A model generated the notes under the pieces. It saw only the letters and a program-made list of their open reading frames with translations. It did no database searches and was not told the DNA's origin. A program made the translations under genes and the position numbers. Of a stretch of DNA of 64,000 nt, positions 19,761 through 29,244 are shown piece after piece; positions within the stretch are counted from its first letter, which is position 1; each line of letters opens with the position of its first letter. The stretch spans positions 320,001 through 384,000 of the forward strand of contig CAVZRV010000007.1 in assembly GCA_963777605.1 (NCBI GenBank). The letters run 5' to 3'. Source of the stretch: an uncultured Acidobacteriota bacterium. Lineage in GTDB: Bacteria; Acidobacteriota; UBA6911; RPQK01; JAPXNP01.

Positions 19761-20801
19761 CTATTCCCGGGAATAAGTCCGCTCGACCCGCGGGCCGATG
19801 GAGGTGAGGACCTCATAAGGGATCGTTCCAATCCGGAGGGCGATGGCTGCAGCGGAGATCGGAGACGCGGGGTCGTCACCGAGGATGACCACTTCATCGC
19901 CAGGCGCCAATTCAGGGTAATCGGTTACGTCGATCGACGTCAGGTCCATACTGACCCGGCCCACAACCGGAGCCAATCCCCAACGGGTCAAGACCAGTCC
20001 CTCGTTCGAATGCCTCCTGCTGTAGCCGTCCGCGTACCCCACTGCGAGCACTGCTATCCGGCTGGGCCGACTGGTCGTAAAGCTATGTCCGTAGCCGACC
20101 GCGGCTCCCGCCGGAAAAGAGTTCACGGCCAGTACTCGTGCGCTCCATCGCAGGGCGGGCTTGAGTTCTGAAAGCGGATCAACGTTGGCTATCCCGTACA
20201 GTGCCAGTCCCGGTCGAACGGCATCAAAACCGGCGGTTGGGAACGCGAGGCCTGCGCTGTTGGAAAGGTGCGTGCGACCCACCGGCAAACCCTCGGTAGC
20301 CCGGCGAAAGCGTTCGACCTGGCCGGCGGTGAATTCGGCATCAAAATCTGCCGAAGAGAGGGTAGCAAAGACCCCTTTAACCTGCTCTCCCAGCCTGCGG
20401 ACGAGAGGCTCGCAGCGCTCGGGGGCAATTCCGAGTCGGCCCATCCCGGTGTCAATCTTGATCTCAACCGGAACATCCTGCGGGATTTCATCTTCCCGGT
20501 ACAGCGCTGCCGTCAAGGCGTGAGCCCGAAACTCGGGCTCGTCTCCCGGTTCACAACCGCCAAATACCAGGATGTCTCCGGCAGGAATCCAGCGGCGAAG
20601 CTCGCGTGCCTCGCCGAGATCGGCAACGGAGAAGGAGCGCACTCCGGCATCGAAAAGAGTCCGGGCTACCGCTCGCATCCCGTGTCCGTATGCATTTGCC
20701 TTGACCACGGCAATCACCGGAAGGCCTCCGGAAACTCCGGAAATTACTTCAAGATTGTGTCTGAGTCTCGCCAGGGAGACCTCCACCCAGGTTCGCTTCA
20801 C
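19761..20801 (-). CDS. alr: alanine racemase
   Basis: AVVKANAYGHG, DTGMGRLG, VRPGLALYG, GYADG, GRVSMD. GTG start overlaps the dnaB stop (GTGA). Confidence 0.95.
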   Translation of the reverse strand: MKRTWVEVSLARLRHNLEVISGVSGGLPVIAVVKANAYGHGMRAVARTLFDAGVRSFSVADLGEARELRRWIPAGDILVFGGCEPGDEPEFRAHALTAALYREDEIPQDVPVEIKIDTGMGRLGIAPERCEPLVRRLGEQVKGVFATLSSADFDAEFTAGQVERFRRATEGLPVGRTHLSNSAGLAFPTAGFDAVRPGLALYGIANVDPLSELKPALRWSARVLAVNSFPAGAAVGYGHSFTTSRPSRIAVLAVGYADGYSRRHSNEGLVLTRWGLAPVVGRVSMDLTSIDVTDYPELAPGDEVVILGDDPASPISAAAIALRIGTIPYEVLTSIGPRVERTYSRE

Positions 20802-22156
20802 TCCAACTCCTCGGCTAAGTTCTCGAACTTGGTCCACTCGCTGATGAATGCCAGCTTCACAATGCCCGTCGGCCCGTTTCGCTGCTTTCCGATGATAATC
20901 TCGGCAATACCCTGCTCCTCCGGTTCCGGTTCCTTGCTGTAAAGGTCCGGCCGAAAGACAAACAGGACGACGTCAGCATCCTGTTCGATCGAGCCTGATT
21001 CCCGCAGGTCGGAAAGTTGCGGTTTGTGATCGCCCCGGCGTTGTTCAGGGGCTCGGCTGAGCTGGGAAAGCGCCACTACCGGAATGTTCAACTCCTTGGC
21101 CAACCCTTTCAAAGAGCGGCTGATCGCCGAAATTTCCTGCTGGCGGTTCTCGGCCCTGGAACGGCCGCCGACGGCTCCGGTCATCAACTGAAGGTAGTCG
21201 ATCACGATCATATCCAGACCGTGCTCGGCCATCAGTCGCCGGCTCTTGGATCTCATTTCGACGATCGATGCCCCCGGAGTGTCATCGATAAAGATTCGCG
21301 CCTGCCCGAGCCGGCTCATGGCCTTGGCAAGGCTCTGCCAATCGCTCTTGGAAAGGAAGCCTGTACGGACCTTATGACTGTCCACCCTGGCTTCTCCGCA
21401 CAGGAGCCTCAGGACCAACTGGGACGCGGACATCTCCAGGCTGAAGACGCCTACGATGCGCTTTTCCTTGATGGCCGCGTGTTGGGAGATGTTCAGGGCC
21501 AGACTGGTCTTCCCCATGCCAGGTCGGCCCGCCAGAATGATCAGATCGGAGGGTTGAAGGCCGGACATCATCTCGTCGAGCTGAACGAAACCGGTCGGCA
21601 CCCCGGTGACCAACTCCCGCCGCTCCTCGAGAGTCTCTATCTGCTGCCAGGTCTGCTTCAACAAGTCGGGCAGTTGCACGAACCCGGACTGCACCTTCTC
21701 CTGGCTGATCCGGAAGATCGCCTGCTCGGCATGCTCGAGCAGGTCCATCGTGTCCTCTTCACCCGCGTAACTGCGCAACAGGATGTCGTTTGTGGAGTGA
21801 ATCAGCTTTCGAAGGATGGATTTCTCCTTGACGATCTGGGCATAGTGCACGATGTTGGACGTTCGCGGCACTCCGTCGGCCAACGACGCCACGTAGGCGG
21901 TGCCACCCACAACGTCCAGTTCGCCATCCCGGATCAGCAGTTCCCTGACCGTGAGGCTGTCGATTGCCCGCGACTCGCTGGAGAGTTCCTCCATCTTGCG
22001 GAAGATCCGGCGGTGGGCCTCGCTGTGAAAGTCTTCCTCGGAGAGGAGTTGCGCCGCCTGGTCATAGAGTCGGTTGTCAAGGAGAACGGCACCGAGAACG
22101 GCGCGCTCCGCTTCCTGGGAACTGGGCAGAGACTTGTCCAACGAGAGGCTTTCCAT
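20798..22156 (-). CDS. dnaB: replicative DNA helicase
   Basis: GRPGMGKT, FSLEMS, IDYLQLM, SQLSR, DLRESGSIEQDAD, KQRNGP; no intein. Confidence 0.98.
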   Translation of the reverse strand: MESLSLDKSLPSSQEAERAVLGAVLLDNRLYDQAAQLLSEEDFHSEAHRRIFRKMEELSSESRAIDSLTVRELLIRDGELDVVGGTAYVASLADGVPRTSNIVHYAQIVKEKSILRKLIHSTNDILLRSYAGEEDTMDLLEHAEQAIFRISQEKVQSGFVQLPDLLKQTWQQIETLEERRELVTGVPTGFVQLDEMMSGLQPSDLIILAGRPGMGKTSLALNISQHAAIKEKRIVGVFSLEMSASQLVLRLLCGEARVDSHKVRTGFLSKSDWQSLAKAMSRLGQARIFIDDTPGASIVEMRSKSRRLMAEHGLDMIVIDYLQLMTGAVGGRSRAENRQQEISAISRSLKGLAKELNIPVVALSQLSRAPEQRRGDHKPQLSDLRESGSIEQDADVVLFVFRPDLYSKEPEPEEQGIAEIIIGKQRNGPTGIVKLAFISEWTKFENLAEELE

Positions 22157-22322
22157 AGTGGCCGGCGTCTATTATAGCCAGTGAGCCTGCCCCGTGACTC
22201 CCCCAGCCTGAGAACTTTCATGAATACGAATCACGCCAACAGCACGTAATCCCGCCGATCTTCCGAATGGTCAAACCGTGGAACTGCATTCGGGTGGTCC
22301 CACTTCCGGAGCGTCGGAAACG

Positions 22323-22349
22323 AAAAGAGCCCGCCGGAGCGGGCTCTTT
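22323..22349 (-). terminator. intrinsic terminator after rplI
   Basis: AAAAGAGCCCGC-CGGA-GCGGGCTCTTT inverted repeat with A/T tails. Confidence 0.8.
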
Positions 22350-22378
22350 AAAGAAAAAACCGAAATCGGCGCTCGAGT

Positions 22379-22942
22379 CTACTCGGAAGCCGGGGCAATT
22401 CCCGCCTGCCGCTCGATCTCGGCCACACGAGCATTGAGCTCTTCGACAATCTTGTCGCTTTCGGGACCCCGGGGCATGGTGCGGGACACCTCATCTCCGG
22501 CATCTGGCATAACCGATACCAGAATGGTCGCTTCCACATCGCTGTGGGGCCGGACCTCAACCTTGAAATTCCCAATGTTCTTGATGGGCTGCGCCAGCAC
22601 GATCTTCCGCCGGTCAAGGTTGATCCCGTTCTCGGCCAGCACGTCGGAAAGATCCTTTGACGTGACCGACCCGAACAGAACGCCGGTATCTCCGGACTTC
22701 CGGCTCACCACGATGTGGACCTGGCCCAGTTCGGCAGAGAGAATCTCGGCATCGGCCCGGTCATTGGACTCTCGCTTGGCCAGGGCAATCCGCTGCTGCT
22801 CGACCATCTTCAAGTTACCTGCCGTCGCCGGTACCGCAAGGTGACGAGGGATCAGGTAATTGCGTCCGTACCCGGGCGAGACTTTGACGACATCTCCGCG
22901 CCGTCCCAACTCGTATACGTCATCAATCAGAATGACTTCCAT
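22379..22942 (-). CDS. rplI: 50S ribosomal protein L9 (C-terminally extended)
   Basis: LGRRGDVVKVSPGYGRNYLIP, LFGSVT, PIKNIG. Confidence 0.97.
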   Translation of the reverse strand: MEVILIDDVYELGRRGDVVKVSPGYGRNYLIPRHLAVPATAGNLKMVEQQRIALAKRESNDRADAEILSAELGQVHIVVSRKSGDTGVLFGSVTSKDLSDVLAENGINLDRRKIVLAQPIKNIGNFKVEVRPHSDVEATILVSVMPDAGDEVSRTMPRGPESDKIVEELNARVAEIERQAGIAPASE

Positions 22943-22963
22943 GGATCCTTACCTCTTCAGTAC

Positions 22964-23173
22964 CTAGCGCTTAACGTAGGGGAGAAGGGCCAGATGTCGG
23001 GCCCGCTTAATCGCGGTGGTCAATTTCCGCTGGCAAGGCGCACAACTCCCGGTAATGCGACGGGGCACGATTTTGCCGTTCTCAGTGATGAACTGGCCGA
23101 GGAATCGCGCGTCCTTGTAATCGAAATAGTACTTCCCGGCGCACAGTTTGCAAAATTTACGTTTTCTCGCCAT
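22964..23173 (-). CDS. rpsR: 30S ribosomal protein S18 (Cys-containing form)
   Basis: [35 protein letters not shown]. Confidence 0.97.
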   Translation of the reverse strand: MARKRKFCKLCAGKYYFDYKDARFLGQFITENGKIVPRRITGSCAPCQRKLTTAIKRARHLALLPYVKR

Positions 23174-23179
23174 CTCTAT

Positions 23180-23608
23180 CTACTCCTGTTCATCCGAGTC
23201 AGAGTTGCCCTCATCCCGATCCGATTCGACCGGGGTCCGCTCCGAGGTCGCCTTGCTCTGTTCTCGTCTGATCTTACGCTGTTCCTTCCGGGTCTCGAAC
23301 TTCTGGGCCCGTTTGAGGTCCTCGTCAACCCGGACGGAAAGGAACCGAATGACAGCGTCGATTACCTTGAATCTGCGCTCCAGTTCAGCTACGCCACGCC
23401 CCGACTCCTCGTCCAGGGTCAGGACCGTATAGTATCCATCGTTGTGTTTCTGAACCGGGAAAGCGAGACGGCGTTTTCCCCACTTGTCGATGTTCGCAAC
23501 TTCGGCCCCCATCTCTTGAGCGACATTGACGAAGGTGTCGACCTGACGATCGACCTCTTCTTCCGTCAGGGTGGGAGCGAGAACGAATACTACTTCGTAT
23601 CGTCTCAT
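23180..23608 (-). CDS. rpsF: 30S ribosomal protein S6
   Basis: MRRYE, WGKRRLAFPV, VIRFL. Confidence 0.96.
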   Translation of the reverse strand: MRRYEVVFVLAPTLTEEEVDRQVDTFVNVAQEMGAEVANIDKWGKRRLAFPVQKHNDGYYTVLTLDEESGRGVAELERRFKVIDAVIRFLSVRVDEDLKRAQKFETRKEQRKIRREQSKATSERTPVESDRDEGNSDSDEQE

Positions 23609-23655
23609 GGTCTGTTTCTCTCCTAACGCTGAAAAACCGTCATCTTAACACAGAC

Positions 23656-23689
23656 CGCAGGCCGCCCGGGAGCAACCGGGGGGCCTGCG
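23656..23689 (-). terminator. GC-rich hairpin after pyrophosphatase gene
   Basis: CGCAGGCC..CCCGG/CCGGG..GGCCTGCG; weak U tract. Confidence 0.4.
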
Positions 23690-23699
23690 ACCACTTCAA

Positions 23700-25697
23700 C
23701 TAAGCCAGCAGCGGCGCAATCACCAGCGCCACGATGGACATGAGCTTGATCAGGATATTCATGGACGGCCCGCTGGTGTCCTTGAATGGGTCTCCAACCG
23801 TGTCGCCCACAACCGCAGCCTTGTGGGCGTCTGATCCCTTGCCTCCGAGATATCCGCTTTCAATCAACTTCTTGGCGTTGTCCCAGGCCCCGCCGGCGTT
23901 GGCCATAAAGAGGGCCATCAGGACACCGGACAGAGTCGCCCCAGCCAGCATTCCGCCGAGAGCCGTTGGTCCCAGGGCAAATCCGACGGCTACGGGACTT
24001 GCTATGGCAACCACTCCGGGCAGCACCATCTCACGCAGAGCGGCGCGGGTCGAAATATCGACGCAGCGTGCGGTATCGGGCTTCGCCGTTCCTTCCATAA
24101 GCCCGGCGATCTCGCGGAATTGCCGCCGAACTTCCTCAACCATCTTGAAGGCGGCTCTCCCCACCGCCGACATGGTCATGTCGGCGATCAGGAACGGCAG
24201 AATCCCACCGATCAATAAACCAACCACAACCAGGGGATCAACCAGGTTGATGGAAGTCAGGCCCACCGTCTTCGAATAGGCGGAGTAAAGGGCCAGGGCG
24301 GTCAGGGCGGCAGAACCGATCGCAAAGCCCTTGCCGATCGCGGCCGTCGTGTTGCCCAGCGCGTCTAAACTGTCTGTGATCTTCCGCGTCTCGGGGCCGA
24401 GTCCGCTCATCTCGGAGATCCCGCCCGCGTTGTCGGCGATCGGCCCATAGGCGTCCACCGACATAGTGATCCCGACCGTACCAAGCATTCCAACCGCCGC
24501 GATCCCAATTCCGTACAGACCGGCCAGGTTGTAGGCAACCAGGATCGTCGCGGCGATCATCAAGATTGGAGCAGCGGTTGACTGCATGCCCACTGCGAGA
24601 CCCGCAATGATGTTGGTGGCGACTCCGGTTTTACAGGAATCGGCGATCCGACGAACGGGGGATCCGCCCGTGTACCACTCGGTGATGAGACCGATCACGA
24701 CTCCCGACAACGTCCCCATAAAAATGGCTCCGAAAATACCGAGTTCGAGTCCGAGTGAGTTGATTGCAAACAGAGCGCCGGCCAGCATAAGCACGGCGCT
24801 GAGGATGGTGGAAGCACGCAACGCCGCCGCAGGATTGAGACTGCGGAGTACCCTGATCGAAACCACACCGATCAGGGAAGCCACCAATCCAATCGTAACC
24901 AAGATGAGCGGGAGTCCCATGTACAGCATCTGGTTCTCCGGCCCGATATTGAGAACGGACGAGGATCCCGAGGCCGCAATCGCTATTGTCGCGATAATCG
25001 AACCGACGTAACTCTCGAAGATATCGGCACCCATTCCAGCCGTGTCACCCACGCAATCACCAACGTTGTCGGCGATCGTCGCTGGATTTCGAGGGTCGTC
25101 CTCAGGGATCCCGGCTTCGACCTTTCCGACCAGGTCGGCTCCAACGTCAGCACTCTTGGTGTAGATTCCGCCACCGACACGGGCGAAAAGGGCGATCGAA
25201 CTGGCTCCCATGGCGAACCCGTTGATATCAGCGGCTGCCAAAAAGCCGTTCTGATAGAGGATGAACGCGACGCCCACTCCGATAAGTCCAAGGCTGGCCA
25301 CCGAGAGGCCCATGACGGCCCCACCGGAGAAAGCCACGCTCAGCGCGCTGCCGATTCCCGAATCGTTAGCGGCCTGGCTGGTCCGAACGTTTGCCTTAGT
25401 CGCCGCACTCATGCCGAAGAAGCCGGCCAGCATCGAGCAGCAGGCCCCGGCCAGAAAAGCAAGCGCGGTGTGAAGCGAGATTGCGATGCCGAGGATGACA
25501 AAGACGATCACGACAAATCCCGCCAGGATCGTGTACTCCCTGCGGAGGAACACCATCGCGCCATGGTGGATCTGCTCGGCGATATCGACCATGATCGGAT
25601 TGGTAACCACGATCCTGGATATGGATGAGAAGATGATTACGGCTGAAATCAGCCCGACAAACCCGACAATTGGGAACCAAATGGAAAGTCCTGACAT
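23700..25697 (-). CDS. hppA: membrane-bound K+-dependent, probably Na+-translocating pyrophosphatase
   Basis: [51 protein letters not shown]. Confidence 0.95.
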   Translation of the reverse strand: MSGLSIWFPIVGFVGLISAVIIFSSISRIVVTNPIMVDIAEQIHHGAMVFLRREYTILAGFVVIVFVILGIAISLHTALAFLAGACCSMLAGFFGMSAATKANVRTSQAANDSGIGSALSVAFSGGAVMGLSVASLGLIGVGVAFILYQNGFLAAADINGFAMGASSIALFARVGGGIYTKSADVGADLVGKVEAGIPEDDPRNPATIADNVGDCVGDTAGMGADIFESYVGSIIATIAIAASGSSSVLNIGPENQMLYMGLPLILVTIGLVASLIGVVSIRVLRSLNPAAALRASTILSAVLMLAGALFAINSLGLELGIFGAIFMGTLSGVVIGLITEWYTGGSPVRRIADSCKTGVATNIIAGLAVGMQSTAAPILMIAATILVAYNLAGLYGIGIAAVGMLGTVGITMSVDAYGPIADNAGGISEMSGLGPETRKITDSLDALGNTTAAIGKGFAIGSAALTALALYSAYSKTVGLTSINLVDPLVVVGLLIGGILPFLIADMTMSAVGRAAFKMVEEVRRQFREIAGLMEGTAKPDTARCVDISTRAALREMVLPGVVAIASPVAVGFALGPTALGGMLAGATLSGVLMALFMANAGGAWDNAKKLIESGYLGGKGSDAHKAAVVGDTVGDPFKDTSGPSMNILIKLMSIVALVIAPLLA

Positions 25698-25851
25698 AAG
25701 CTTCCCCCTCCTTCGGCCTTCTACGGCGAAATGCAGTCCGAATTGGAACTTGAGTAGAACGTGTCTGCGCTAGCGTTGTCTCCTACCGGAATGCCAGAAA
25801 GTTGTGGATCAGGTGCCGGCTCAGAAGAATGGTTTCGGGCCTGACCCGTAT

Positions 25852-26409
25852 CTAGTTGAAGCGAGCCATCGCTCGATCAATGCCCTCCAGGAGGTAATAT
25901 TCGACCGCTTGTTCACACGTACCGAGAACTTCGGTCAGAACCTCGATCTCGCTGCCGGTGAATCGGTCCAGTACATAACCCGCCAGGTCGGCACTGCCTC
26001 GGTCTCCGGCAATACCAATCCGCAGCCTCGGAATCTCGATCGTCCCCAAATGCTCGATGATCGATTGCATTCCTTTGTGCCCCCCGGAACTTCCCGAAGC
26101 CCGGAACCGAATTTTCCCCAGCGGAAGCGCTACGTCGTCGTATACGATAAGGCTCTCGCCGACGTCCAGTCCAAAATATCTTATCAACTCGCGGACGGAC
26201 GTCCCGCTCAGATTCATGTAGGTCTGCGGCTTCAAGAGCAGCAGATCCTGTTCTGCCAGCCGCATTCTGGCCGTTAAAGCCGTTGATCCGAACCTGGTCA
26301 AAGCAGAGTCACCCCGCTTCGCCAGGCGATCGATCAACATGAAGCCAACGTTGTGACGGGTTTTCGTGAAACGCCGTCCGGGATTGCCCAAGCCTGCTAT
26401 CAAGCGCAC
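25852..26409 (-). CDS. pth: peptidyl-tRNA hydrolase
   Basis: GLGNPG...TRHNVGF, KPQTYMNLSG, GGHKG, RLRIGI. Confidence 0.97.
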   Translation of the reverse strand: MRLIAGLGNPGRRFTKTRHNVGFMLIDRLAKRGDSALTRFGSTALTARMRLAEQDLLLLKPQTYMNLSGTSVRELIRYFGLDVGESLIVYDDVALPLGKIRFRASGSSGGHKGMQSIIEHLGTIEIPRLRIGIAGDRGSADLAGYVLDRFTGSEIEVLTEVLGTCEQAVEYYLLEGIDRAMARFN

Positions 26410-26442
26410 GTCACAGCCTCACCCGGATATCGGGTCCCCGGA

Positions 26443-27090
26443 CTACTCTTCCTCCTCAGGCTTACCCTTGCGGATCAACTCGGGTTCAACAGCAGGTTCC
26501 AGTTCACCCTCCTCACTGACTTCTTCTTCCTCAACCTGAGGAGCGGCCACGGTGACGACTACGAGGTCGGATTCACTGAGCACTTTGACCTTGGACATGT
26601 CGATCTTGAGATCCGCCACCCGCAGGGAGTCCCCGATTTCCAGATCGTCCACTTCGACCACGATTTCGCTCGGAACATCCTGAGGCAGGCACTCAACCTG
26701 GATGTTTCTGAGAACCACGTCAATCATTCCGCCCAACTTGACGCCTTTTGCGGTCCCGGAGACTTCGACGTGAACATCGAACTCCATAACTTCGTCCATC
26801 GAAATGTGGACAAAATCGACATGTACCAGGTTCCCTTTGACCGGGTGGAGTTGGAATTCCTTGACCATAACGTCAGACTGCTGTTCACCCAGTTGGAGTT
26901 TAAAAATACTGTTCCGACCGGTCTCGGAGGTCAGGATCTCGATAACCGCCTTGGGATCCACCACCAGACTGGCAGTCTCCTGCTGGTGCCCGTAAGAAAC
27001 TGCAGGAATCTTTCCCGAGACACGCAGACGGCGACTCGCATTCTTGCCAAGATCGCTTCTCAATTCAGCATCTATTACACGCTGGGTCAT
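26443..27090 (-). CDS. rplY: 50S ribosomal protein L25/Ctc
   Basis: GKNASRRLR..GKIPAV.YG, HVDF, GVKLGG, acidic tail. Confidence 0.96.
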   Translation of the reverse strand: MTQRVIDAELRSDLGKNASRRLRVSGKIPAVSYGHQQETASLVVDPKAVIEILTSETGRNSIFKLQLGEQQSDVMVKEFQLHPVKGNLVHVDFVHISMDEVMEFDVHVEVSGTAKGVKLGGMIDVVLRNIQVECLPQDVPSEIVVEVDDLEIGDSLRVADLKIDMSKVKVLSESDLVVVTVAAPQVEEEEVSEEGELEPAVEPELIRKGKPEEEE

Positions 27091-27256
27091 TTCCCATCTC
27101 CTAACGTCAGAAAAACCGCTATTCTACCAAGAATCTCTCGAGGATCGTCAACTACCTGCCGAGATTCCTGGCCGGGCCGGTTCCACGAAGCCCAGATTCG
27201 CACCGAATTCGTGCGGGAAGGAGCCTGAAATTGCTGCGCCCCGAGAAACACTCAAA

Positions 27257-28210
27257 CTAGAGTTGGACAAAGAGTCGGCTCACGGAAGTTTCTTCGTGAA
27301 TCGACTTGATTGCCTCTGAGAGCAGTGGAGCCACGCTCAACACCTGAATCTTGGGAATTCTCTTTTCGTCACCCAGAGGAATCGTATTGGTGATGAGGAC
27401 TTTTTCAAACTCAGATTCCTCAAGGCGTTGAATCGCCGGACCGGAAAGTATTCCATGGGTCGCGGCAGCAAAGAGACGCCGGGCGCCCTTCTTACGCATT
27501 TCCTTGGTTGCGTTGACGATCGTCCCTCCGGTATCGATCAAGTCGTCGACAATGATCACGTCGCGCCCATCGACATCCCCGACGATGTTCATCACTTCCG
27601 CCTCGTTGTCGGCAACTCGACGCTTGTCGATGATGGCCAGGTTGGCTTTCAGATACTTGGCGTAGAAACGAGCCCGCTCCACCCCTCCAGAGTCAGGAGA
27701 AACCACGGTGAGATGGTCGAGATCCATATTCTTGAGACATTCGATCAGAACCGGAGTGGCATAGAGGTGATCGACCGGAATATTGAAGAAACCCTGGATC
27801 TGGTCGGCATGAAGGTCCATGCTGAGGATCCGATGAGCCCCGGCCGCGGTCATCAGATCTGCCACCAACTTGGAGGAAATCGGCACCCTGGGTTTGTCCT
27901 TCCGATCCTGGCGGGCATAGCCGTAATAGGGAATGACGGCCGTAATGCGCTGGGCCGACGCCCGCTTGAACGCATCTATCATGACCAGCAACTCCATCAG
28001 GCTCTCGGCCACCGGAGTACAGGTCGGTTGCACGAGAAATACGTCCTGTCCACGAACGTTTTCCAGGATCTGAAAGGCGACCTCGCCGTCACTGAAGCGT
28101 TTCAGCTTCACTTTGCCGAGAGGAACTCCCAAGTTGTCACAGATTTCATGGGCGAGAGGCTGATTCGCCGAACCAGAGAAAACCTTCAATACCGACATGG
28201 CTGTTTCCAA
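27257..28210 (-). CDS. prs: ribose-phosphate pyrophosphokinase
   Basis: FSDGE, PYYGYARQDRK, DLHADQIQGFF, VDDLIDTGGT. Confidence 0.97.
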   Translation of the reverse strand: METAMSVLKVFSGSANQPLAHEICDNLGVPLGKVKLKRFSDGEVAFQILENVRGQDVFLVQPTCTPVAESLMELLVMIDAFKRASAQRITAVIPYYGYARQDRKDKPRVPISSKLVADLMTAAGAHRILSMDLHADQIQGFFNIPVDHLYATPVLIECLKNMDLDHLTVVSPDSGGVERARFYAKYLKANLAIIDKRRVADNEAEVMNIVGDVDGRDVIIVDDLIDTGGTIVNATKEMRKKGARRLFAAATHGILSGPAIQRLEESEFEKVLITNTIPLGDEKRIPKIQVLSVAPLLSEAIKSIHEETSVSRLFVQL

Positions 28211-28282
28211 AGGGATTATGTCTGAGTTACTGTGTAATCCAGGTCAAACCAAAAGAAAGTCTACGTCCCAAAAGCATCCAGT

Positions 28283-29242
28283 TCAACGAAGACCGGAGCC
28301 AAGACCGACATCCGGGCCAAGGCGGCGGACGTATTCCGCCCTGCCGATTCCCTGGCACAGAAAGACGCGCCCGAGCTTCAAACGAAGACATTCGTCCGCA
28401 ACTCGCGCCAAGATCGACCGGTCCCCCAGCGCAATCATGGTGGAACCGCTTCCTGCCAAGAGGACACCCGGGCAACCACTACGAGAAAGGGTCTCTTTCA
28501 GTCTCGCCAAGGCAGGATATCGAACCAAAACCGGTCCCTCAAGATCATTGCGCAACGCCATCCAGCGGTGCTCCCCCGCAATCTCCAGGAACTGGCGAAT
28601 TTTAGTACCCACCTGCGCTTCTGTCAAATTGTCCGCTTCCGCCAGGAACGGCGCTTCGATCAGGCCGTAGGCCTCCCGGGTCGAAACCTGAAATTCGGGC
28701 CATACGAGCAGAAAAGCCTCGGGCAGAGGGACATCTTTCACAGCTCGAATCCGCTCCCCCTTTCCGGTACCCACGGCGGTCCCCCCGGTCAGAAAGAAGA
28801 CCACGTCGGATCCGATCATGGCTCCCATTTCAGCAAGTTCAGAGAGAGTAAACGGATGGCCGAAGATCATGTTCAGCCCAAGCAGGGTCATCGCGGCATT
28901 GCTGGATCCACCGCCGAGTCCCGCCCCGGCGGGAATCCTCTTTTCGAGTCGGAAACGCACGCGTGTCCGTCCTGCCCAACCGCTCCATGAACAGGTCACC
29001 TGCACGGAGGACCAGGTTATCCCGACCCGCGGAGAGGCTCTGGTCCCCTTCTATAAAGAGCTGAGAGCACGATTCGTCCACCCGTTCAATCTCCAGCCGA
29101 TCAGCGAGATCGAGAGACTGAAAAATGGTAACAAGCTCGTGGAATCCATCGCTTCTCCGGCCGGCGATTTCAAGCCAGAGATTGACCTTGCAGAATGACG
29201 GCAGTGTGACGCTGGCGAGGGAAGGGGAAAACCCTGAGGCAT
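28283..29242 (-). CDS. ispE: 4-diphosphocytidyl-2-C-methyl-D-erythritol kinase, interrupted by two compensating frameshifts as assembled
   Basis: KVNLWLEI.GRRSDGFHEL.TIFQ and DNLVLRA lie in one frame. ATG 29242 and KRIPAGAGLGGGSSNAA, GSDV, NDLE, GSGS lie in another. Confidence 0.88.
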
Positions 29243-29244
29243 CC

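Noticed and set aside
28211-28282. tRNA-Gln often found between ispE and prs
   Set aside because: No cloverleaf or T-loop motif is present in this spacer.
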